A stretch of 36,496 bases of DNA from the NCBI GenBank assembly GCA_039714075.1, contig JBDLKA010000027.1, positions 1-36,496 of the forward strand. The letters are read 5' to 3'. Position numbers and translations under genes: made by a program. Below, one piece after another: positions 1 through 6,442 of the stretch. The DNA is from Candidatus Krumholzibacteriota bacterium (GTDB lineage: Bacteria; Krumholzibacteriota; Krumholzibacteriia; LZORAL124-64-63). The notes under the pieces are model-generated. The model made no database searches and had not been told where the DNA came from. It was given only the letters and a program-made list of their open reading frames with translations. Each line of letters starts with the position of its first letter. The first letter of the stretch is position 1.

Positions 1-176
1 CGGCGCCATGCCGACAACAGGACCAGGAACTGCAGGACGGCCAAAGCCAGGAACACCGCGGGCAACGGAAGCAGGGGCGTGCCGAAGCTGGTGCCCGCCC
101 TAAGCAACAGAGTCCCCTGTCCCGCCAGACAGAGAACTCCCGTGAGCAGCAAAACCCGGGCCCGCAGCCAGGTCAT
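1..176 (-). CDS. Partial (N-terminal part; runs off the window edge) hydrophobic, probably membrane, protein of unknown function
   Basis: Manual translation from ATG at 176: MTWLRARVLLLTGVLCLAGQGTLLLRAGTSFGTPLLPLPAVFLALAVLQFLVLLSAWR...; AGGAGG RBS overlaps the upstream stop at 187; two hydrophobic segments. Confidence 0.65.
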   Translation of the reverse strand, partial: MTWLRARVLLLTGVLCLAGQGTLLLRAGTSFGTPLLPLPAVFLALAVLQFLVLLSAWR

Positions 177-186
177 CGACGGCCTC

Positions 187-723
187 CTACCTGATCGTGT
201 TGATCTCCGCCAGCCTCCACTGGTCACCCTGCCTGGCCAGGATGCAGACCAGCTTCAATTCCTGGATGCGGTCCGAGTCGGGACGACGGCGTTTCCAGAC
301 CGCCATGCCGTGGACCCGGTCGCCGCCCGAAGCATCCTGGGTTTTTTCAAAGAGGAAGACCATCGTCCGGTGCGTCTGGAACACGTTCTTGAAGTAGTAG
401 AAGGCCTGGCTCGGGCTGTAGTGGGTGGCCCGGTCGGGGTTGCCGCCGGCGGTCACCTTCAGGCCTGATTCGTGAACCAGATCGGCCAGGGCCTGCTGGT
501 CGGCTTCCTCCCAGGCCCGGGCTATCTCGCCGAAAACCATGCGGGGGCCATTGTCCTGGGCGCCTTCCGGGCCCTTGACGATGCGGGCGTCGGCCCCGCC
601 GGCGAAGGCCAGCAACGCAGAGGCAGCCAGACAGACCGCAATGCCCATAGCCAGGCTTTCCGGGGCTCTTCTGGGCCTCTGGGCCCTGCTGATGAATCTG
701 TGGATGTCGGCCATCATGCTCAT
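187..723 (-). CDS. Exported hypothetical protein, DUF4783-like / NTF2-like fold
   Basis: Signal-peptide-like segment ending AGGADA; motif HYSPSQAFYYFKNVF resembles the DUF4783 YSxxQA motif; C-terminal QWRLAEI strand is typical of NTF2-like folds. Start moved from 771 to ATG 723 (GGAG upstream; 771 lies at about the predicted sigma54 TSS). Confidence 0.6.
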   Translation of the reverse strand: MSMMADIHRFISRAQRPRRAPESLAMGIAVCLAASALLAFAGGADARIVKGPEGAQDNGPRMVFGEIARAWEEADQQALADLVHESGLKVTAGGNPDRATHYSPSQAFYYFKNVFQTHRTMVFLFEKTQDASGGDRVHGMAVWKRRRPDSDRIQELKLVCILARQGDQWRLAEINTIR

Positions 724-781
724 GTGCTCCGTCTTCCCTGATCGGGTCCGACCGGACAATTCCGGGGGCACTTAAATAGAG

Positions 782-796
782 GCAAAGCCTGTGCCA
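782..796 (-). promoter_or_regulatory. Sigma54 (RpoN) -24/-12 promoter
   Basis: Minus strand reads TGGCAC-AGGCT-TTGC, matching TGGCAC-N5-TTGC, about 60 bp upstream of the ATG at 723. Confidence 0.65.
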
Positions 797-964
797 CCGG
801 TCCGTCACCACCCCAACCCCCTGATTTTACCCCCAATCAGGTGAAAAATGCCATGTGGAAGGGAAAAATGTTCCTCTTTATTCCTCTTGAGAGGTTCGAT
901 GGCCCCGAAAGACGTGCCCAAAAGGGGACGGATAAGGCGAAGGTGGGGACACTGCCGCTGATTG

Positions 965-2104
965 TCAGGACAGGACTTCCACACGCTCACGATAGACGAT
1001 GCCCCTGTCGGCCAGTCCCTTGAGCAGGTAATCCACGCAACCGAACTGGCGTCCCATGAACTCCGGAGGCGAGATTCCCCGGTGGATGTACAGCCCCTCG
1101 GCCACCATGCGCAGGGCCATCGTGGCGGTGTAGCCGGTCGTGCGGGCCATGGAGGTCACCCCGGTATCATGATCATACCGATCGACAAGGTCGTAGACAT
1201 AACGCAGACGCTGGTTGTTCCTGACGCCTTCGACCTGGATCTGCATGACGGTGATGTCCCCTTCGCCCTCTTCCAGTTTCCACATGGGGAACAGCAGCCG
1301 GGCCGTCACGTCCAGGGGCCGGACCTTGTGTCCGCCGACTTCAATTTCCTCCGCGGAGAAGAACCCGCTTTCCCTCAGGACCGCCATCTTTTCGATGTGT
1401 CCGGGATAGCGCAGGGTCTTTTCCTTCATGTTCGGCGCGTCGATGGTCCTGGCCAGGGTGCGCAGGCCATCGGTATTGAAGGCCTCCAGGGTGCCGAGTT
1501 CGGGAAAGTCGATCAACTCGGGATCGGACAGGGCGGGCCGGGTCACCGGGACCCCGTTCTCCACGTAGCGGGCGGGCCGGGTGTATTCCTCGATGACGTC
1601 CACGGGTGAAAACACGGCCTTGTATTCCCAGGGCCACTGCCGGACTTCGGGCAGGCCGCCGACATAGGTCAGCACCGAATCCACCTGGTCCAGCTTGCGG
1701 GCCACGCGGCCGATGAGCGCGCTGCCCATGCCGGGAAAGACGCCGCAGTCCATGATGGCGGTGACACCCTTTTCCTTGGCGAGGCGGTCCAGTTCGAACG
1801 GGTCCTCGGCGAAAAAAGCGATATCGACAACGTTCTTCCCGGCTTCGATAACCGCCCGCAGGGTCTGAAATCCCATGAAACCCGGCACGGCATCGACCAC
1901 GAAATCGTAGTCGCCCACCAGGGCGGTGACGGCGGCGGGATCGGCCAGATCGGCGACCAGGGGTGATATGTCCGCCTGGGCGGCCAGTTCCTCCAGGACC
2001 TGCTCGTCGCGGTCGGCGACGGTAACCTCGAATTCATCCTCCGCGGCCAGGTCCCTGGCCATGGGCCCGCCCACCAGTCCGCCCCCCAGCACGATAATCC
2101 TCAT
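965..2104 (-). CDS. Saccharopine dehydrogenase family protein, most like lysine 6-dehydrogenase
   Basis: N-terminal Rossmann motif VLGGGLVG; family motifs DCGVFPG, YVGGLP, EAFNTDGLRTL, EKTLRYPGH, SMARTTG; 379 aa. Confidence 0.85.
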   Translation of the reverse strand: MRIIVLGGGLVGGPMARDLAAEDEFEVTVADRDEQVLEELAAQADISPLVADLADPAAVTALVGDYDFVVDAVPGFMGFQTLRAVIEAGKNVVDIAFFAEDPFELDRLAKEKGVTAIMDCGVFPGMGSALIGRVARKLDQVDSVLTYVGGLPEVRQWPWEYKAVFSPVDVIEEYTRPARYVENGVPVTRPALSDPELIDFPELGTLEAFNTDGLRTLARTIDAPNMKEKTLRYPGHIEKMAVLRESGFFSAEEIEVGGHKVRPLDVTARLLFPMWKLEEGEGDITVMQIQVEGVRNNQRLRYVYDLVDRYDHDTGVTSMARTTGYTATMALRMVAEGLYIHRGISPPEFMGRQFGCVDYLLKGLADRGIVYRERVEVLS

Positions 2105-2127
2105 TATGTACCTTTCACCCTTCTGCA

Positions 2128-2266
2128 GGCCTTGGACATGTAGGCTCGTCTGGAAAGACGGCCATCACAAGGAAGGCCCCCGGTAATCCGCAGCGCTCTG
2201 GCGAGGACATCCGGGGGCCTTTCTTGTGATGGCCGTCTTTCCAGACGCCCCTACATATCCAGGGCC
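2128..2266. repeat. Long inverted repeat: 56-bp arms (2128-2183 and 2211-2266), 27-nt spacer
   Basis: Base-by-base comparison gives 51/56 complementary positions; the right arm includes the last codons and stop of secF. Confidence 0.95.
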
Positions 2267-3240
2267 ATCCGTTTTTTGTCCCTGATCCGCCGCTCATGCC
2301 ACCAGACCAGGATCGGGCTGGCGATGAACATCGAGCTGTACGTACCGACGATGACGCCGAAGCACAGCGCGAAGGCGAAGTCGTGAATCACCGGGCCGCC
2401 CAGGAAGTAAAGGGTCACCGCCACGAAAAAGGTCGTCAGCGAGGTCAGCATCGTACGGCTGAGGCACTCGTTGATGGAGCGGTTGATGACCTCGCGGTAG
2501 CTTTCCTTGCGCCGCAGTTTCATGTTCTCCCGGATACGGTCGAACACCACGATCGTATCGTTCAGCGAATAACCGATGATGGTCAAAAACGCCGCGATGA
2601 TCTGCAGGCTGATCTCGAAGTTCAGCAGCGAGAAGATGCCCAGGGTCAGGGTCACGTCGTGGACCAGGGCCATGATGGCAGCTATGCCGTAGCGGAAAAC
2701 GAAGCGCACGGTGATGTAGAGAACGATCAGGGCCAGCGCCGCCACCACGGAGTTGACCGCCGCGGTCCGCAGTTCGCCGCCGATCTTGGGGCCGACGCTT
2801 TCCTCGCGCCGCAGCTCGATCTCGGTGCCGCTCAGCCCGGCCCGCAGGTCCGCCAGCAGGATCTGGGCGGCATCAAGCGTCTTTTCCCCCGAAACGGTGG
2901 ACACGCCGGTGTTGCTGGCCTTCTCGTCGCCGGCCGCGGCCATCTCCATCACTTCCTCCGGGGTCGGGAACGTGATCAGGAATTCATCGACCGAGCCGAA
3001 TTCCGTCACCTGGACACCCTCGTAGCCCTGGCCTTCCAAAGCCGACCGGATCTCACCGACGGTCGGCACCGGCTCCATCTTCACCTGCAGGACGGACCCG
3101 CCGGTAAAGTCGATGCTCAGCCGCGGTCCCTTGTGGATCAGCATGGTGGCCGCGCTGACGACCACCAGGATCGCCGAAATGGTGAAGGCGACCTTCATGG
3201 CGCCCACGAAATTGATTTTGGGATTCTTGAAGAATTCCAT
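2251..3240 (-). CDS. secF: Protein translocase subunit SecF
   Basis: IDFTGGS, ESVGPKIG, LVHDV, IIGYSLNDTIVVFDRIRE, GTYSS motifs; follows secD; start set at ATG 3240 (MEFFKNPK). Confidence 0.97.
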   Translation of the reverse strand: MEFFKNPKINFVGAMKVAFTISAILVVVSAATMLIHKGPRLSIDFTGGSVLQVKMEPVPTVGEIRSALEGQGYEGVQVTEFGSVDEFLITFPTPEEVMEMAAAGDEKASNTGVSTVSGEKTLDAAQILLADLRAGLSGTEIELRREESVGPKIGGELRTAAVNSVVAALALIVLYITVRFVFRYGIAAIMALVHDVTLTLGIFSLLNFEISLQIIAAFLTIIGYSLNDTIVVFDRIRENMKLRRKESYREVINRSINECLSRTMLTSLTTFFVAVTLYFLGGPVIHDFAFALCFGVIVGTYSSMFIASPILVWWHERRIRDKKRMALDM

Positions 3241-3327
3241 CGTCTTGTCCGACCTTTCCCGGGCGGCGATCGCCCGGAGCAACGCCCCGCGAATCGGGGC
3301 TGATATTAAGCCGTCCCCCGGGACGGA

Positions 3328-5088
3328 CTAGATGCTCATCTTCTGCCGACCCTGCTTGCGGGTCACGAATTCCATGACGACGCGGGTCATCACCAGCGCG
3401 GTGAACATGCTCGTCAGGATACCGATGCTCAGGGTCACCGCGAAGCCCTTGATGGGCCCGGTGCCGAACCACAGCAGGATGCCGCCGGCGATCAGGGTGG
3501 TCACGTTGGCGTCGACGATGGTGCGGGTCGCGTTGGCGTAGCCCGACTGCACCGAGGCGCGGATGGTCTTGTCCTTGCGCAGCTCCTCGCGGATGCGCTC
3601 GTTGATCAGCACGTTGGCGTCCACCGCCATACCCACCGTCAGGATGATACCCGCGATACCCGGCAGCGTGAGCACCAGGTCGAACTGGGCCAGCACGGCC
3701 ATCAGGATGATGATGTTGCTGACCAGGGCCATGACGGTCACCAGGCCGCTCTGCCGGTAGTAGACCAGGATGAAGATGACCACCAGGATCGACCCGTAGA
3801 GGGCGGCGTTGACGCCCATGCGGATCGAATCGCTGCCCAGGCTCGGCCCCACCGTCCGCTCTTCGGCGATGTAGACGTCGGTGGGCAGGGCGCCGGCGCG
3901 CAGCAGCAGGGCCAGATCGCTGGCCTCGTTGTTGGTGAAGTTGCCGCTGATGGATCCGGAGCCGCTGGGGATCTTGCCCTGGATGACGGGTGCGGAGGAA
4001 ATCCGGCCGTCCAGCGAAATGGCCAGGAAGCGGCCCACGTTTTCACCGGTAACCTTGGCGAAGGTGCGCGAGCCCCGATTGTTCAGGGCGAAGTTGACCT
4101 GCCAGAAACCCGGACGGTCGGGGTTGGCGGTCGAAACCGCGTCGGTCAGCTGGTCACCCGTGATGACCTTCTGGGTGTCGATCAGATACAGGGGGCGCAA
4201 CATCTGGCCCTGCCCGAAGTCCATGGGCTCCATCTCCAGCTGGAACTCCACGTTGCGCAGCTTGCGCGCGGTGCGCGGATCGTCCAGCAGGACCTGCACG
4301 CGGGCCACGTTTCTTTCCTCGACGAAAAGAGGGGTGCTGCCCATGAGGCCCGGCTGGGCGATCAGCAGACCCGAGAAGGGATGTTCCTTGAGATAGGCTT
4401 CGTCGGCGCCGGCCAGGGAATCGTCGGTCCCCATGAGATCGTCCAGCTCGCCGAACGGACTGGCGGCGGTATCGGCTTCGGCAGCGGCGGTGTCGCCCTC
4501 CGCGGAAACGACTTCGACTTCAGCCGCGGGTTCTTCGGCTTCTTCAGTGGAGACGGTTTCCTCGGCGGTCTCCGTTTCCCCGGTCATATCGACGTCACCC
4601 AGGAAAAGCCGGTCCAGCTTGTCCAGGGCCGCCTGGATCTCGGTGTCGGGCCGCACCATGCGGAATTCCAACCGCGCGGTCTTGCCCAGCAGGTTCTTCG
4701 CCCTTTCGGGATCCTGCAGGCCGGGAAGCTTCACGACGATCCGGCTGGCGCCGAAGGTGGTGATCTCGGGCTCGGACACGCCGAACTTGTCGATCCGGTT
4801 GTAGAGGATCTCCTTGACCCGCAACAAGGCGTCCGCGGCCTCGCTGGAATTCATGCCTTCCTGATCGACCTCGAGGACCAGGTACATGCCGCCCTTGAGA
4901 TCCAGCCCGCGCCGGATGGCCGCGGCGTCGACATCGGCGATTTCCGCCAAGCGCTCCGGGTTGTCCTGGGCGGCTTCGCGCTCCGCCGGGGAAATGGACA
5001 AGGCCTTGAAGGTCGGCAGCAGCCCGTAAAGGGAAAACAGAAGGATGACGACTGTCAGCCCTGCCCTGATCTGCAGGGAACGGTTCAT
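3328..5088 (-). CDS. secD: Protein translocase subunit SecD
   Basis: GLDLKGG, RIDKFGVSEP, LRAGALP, ERTVGPSLG, LTLPGIAGIILTVGMAVDANVLINERIREE, DANVTT motifs. Confidence 0.98.
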   Translation of the reverse strand: MNRSLQIRAGLTVVILLFSLYGLLPTFKALSISPAEREAAQDNPERLAEIADVDAAAIRRGLDLKGGMYLVLEVDQEGMNSSEAADALLRVKEILYNRIDKFGVSEPEITTFGASRIVVKLPGLQDPERAKNLLGKTARLEFRMVRPDTEIQAALDKLDRLFLGDVDMTGETETAEETVSTEEAEEPAAEVEVVSAEGDTAAAEADTAASPFGELDDLMGTDDSLAGADEAYLKEHPFSGLLIAQPGLMGSTPLFVEERNVARVQVLLDDPRTARKLRNVEFQLEMEPMDFGQGQMLRPLYLIDTQKVITGDQLTDAVSTANPDRPGFWQVNFALNNRGSRTFAKVTGENVGRFLAISLDGRISSAPVIQGKIPSGSGSISGNFTNNEASDLALLLRAGALPTDVYIAEERTVGPSLGSDSIRMGVNAALYGSILVVIFILVYYRQSGLVTVMALVSNIIILMAVLAQFDLVLTLPGIAGIILTVGMAVDANVLINERIREELRKDKTIRASVQSGYANATRTIVDANVTTLIAGGILLWFGTGPIKGFAVTLSIGILTSMFTALVMTRVVMEFVTRKQGRQKMSI

Positions 5089-5126
5089 GGTTCAACTCCC
5101 CATTCTTCGACACGTGAACTCGACAG

Positions 5127-5180
5127 AAAAAAGCACGCCTTGACGACATCCGGGCGGGACTGACATCGCGTCAAGGCGCG
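5127..5180 (-). terminator. Intrinsic-terminator-like hairpin inside the secD leader
   Basis: Perfect 10-bp stem CGCCUUGACG/CGUCAAGGCG, extendable to 12 bp with a G-U pair, followed by C-UUUUUU, ending about 40 nt before the secD ATG; the 23-nt loop is atypically large. Confidence 0.55.
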
Positions 5181-5275
5181 TTGGAAGATCCTCTGGATAG
5201 TATTCCCGACGTACCCGGAAAGCGCCAAAGGCCGCGCAACCCGGATAGTACGTCCTGTCCCGCCGTGTTTTGAGG
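5127..5275 (-). ncRNA. Candidate structured cis-regulatory leader RNA (or sRNA) upstream of secD; no family recognised
   Basis: Upstream promoter motif, bulged hairpin 5208-5254, 8-bp long-range pairing 5257-5264/5153-5160, terminator-like hairpin with U6. Confidence 0.4.
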
Positions 5276-5280
5276 CGCCA

Positions 5281-5291
5281 ATGATAACACA
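5281..5291 (-). promoter_or_regulatory. Putative extended -10 sigma70 promoter for the secDF leader
   Basis: Minus strand TGTG-T-TATCAT (TRTGn plus -10 hexamer) in the 234-bp gap upstream of secD; -35 is poor. Confidence 0.5.
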
Positions 5292-5322
5292 TTCGCGGCC
5301 CTTGCACCAGAAAATGGCGGGT

Positions 5323-6435
5323 TCAAAACTCCACCAGACGGTAGTCCCGGCTGCCCAATCCCAATTCTTCCGCATGGTCCAGAAGGGCGGCGGGCTCCTG
5401 CTGGAAACCGCTCCAAACGGCCAGCGGCCCGTCACTTCGGGAAACGATCAAATCCCAGGTGGCCCGGTCCAGGGCCACCGGATCGGTCGCAGCCAGCACA
5501 CCGACATCCCCCAGCCGGGTCCGCCCACGCCCCTGGGCGCGCCCCGCATGTCTGTCCAGCCGGGCCAGAAGGTTGAAATAACCGAAGCGGGGGGATTTGT
5601 TTTTGCCCACCGCGGCTTTGGCCGCCACCGCCGCGGCGGCCACCTTTTTCTGGAAGCGGGGAATGCCCGCAGCCTCCTCGGGGCTTATTCCCGCCATGAA
5701 ACAGACGTTCATGCATTCCCCGCAACCGGTGCATTTCCGGTGATCGATCATCGCCCGGCCCGCCGTCAGGGAAATCGCGTCGAACAGGCAGACCGCCAGG
5801 CAGGAGCCGCAACCCGCGCACAAAGGTGTATCGACCTGGGGTCTGATATCCCGGTGCAGCAGCAGCTTGCCTTCACGGTCGGCCAGTCCCACTCCCTGGC
5901 TGATCAAGGCTCCCTGGAACCCCGCGTGGGGATGGGGCCGGACCGGAGTCAGCAGACACATCCCGGCGAAATTCCCCAGGGCCGCTGCCAGGGTCAGGCC
6001 GGCGAGATCCGCATCCTGCACGGGATCGGTAACCAGGGAATCGCCCTGGTCTGGCCCGTCGGCCACCAGATAACGCAATCCCCCGCGGCCGTCCCCGTAC
6101 CCCTTGGCCTTCGCCAGTTCCAAATGGGTGTCGGCCTGGTCCAGCCCGCTGGTGGTGATGGACAGGGTGTCGAAACAAACCGAACCCCTGGGCGGATCCG
6201 TGGCGCCGGGACCGGCCAGCGCCCGGGCCACGGCCAACGCCCAGGCAGGATCGACCGCCGGTGGATGGCCCCGTTCTCCCAGCTGAACCTTCAAGCCCCA
6301 GGGAGAGGTCTTCCGGGCGGCTCCGGCAAGACCCAGCCGGTCCACCATCCGGGCCAGACAGGGTCCGAGATCGAGGGGCAAAAGCTCCTGACCCGGTTTC
6401 TGTTCGAGGGATTGGAAATACACATCCGCAGCCAT
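5323..6435 (-). CDS. DUF362 domain protein with a 2x[4Fe-4S] ferredoxin insert (divergent)
   Basis: CAGCGSCLAVC and CTGCGECMNVC motifs; DUF362-like elements KVQLGE, ADG, GFQGAL, DVGVLAATDPVALD, HAEELGLG. Confidence 0.8.
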   Translation of the reverse strand: MAADVYFQSLEQKPGQELLPLDLGPCLARMVDRLGLAGAARKTSPWGLKVQLGERGHPPAVDPAWALAVARALAGPGATDPPRGSVCFDTLSITTSGLDQADTHLELAKAKGYGDGRGGLRYLVADGPDQGDSLVTDPVQDADLAGLTLAAALGNFAGMCLLTPVRPHPHAGFQGALISQGVGLADREGKLLLHRDIRPQVDTPLCAGCGSCLAVCLFDAISLTAGRAMIDHRKCTGCGECMNVCFMAGISPEEAAGIPRFQKKVAAAAVAAKAAVGKNKSPRFGYFNLLARLDRHAGRAQGRGRTRLGDVGVLAATDPVALDRATWDLIVSRSDGPLAVWSGFQQEPAALLDHAEELGLGSRDYRLVEF

Positions 6436-6442
6436 GGTATTC

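Noticed and set aside
2105..2250. Lysine riboswitch upstream of the lysine dehydrogenase-like gene
   Set aside because: The region is one long inverted repeat with none of the L-box motifs or multi-stem junction.
5185..5205. AUCCAGAG resembling the start of a SAM-I riboswitch or a PyrR site
   Set aside because: The rest of the SAM-I and PyrR consensus elements are absent, and the downstream genes do not fit.
5092..5307. 71-aa ORF upstream of secD as a possible VemP/ApdA-like arrest peptide (contains YYP twice)
   Set aside because: No signal peptide or TM segment, no RAPP/RAGP-like motif, no clear RBS, and its start lies upstream of the predicted promoter. Ribosome profiling would be needed to exclude it fully.
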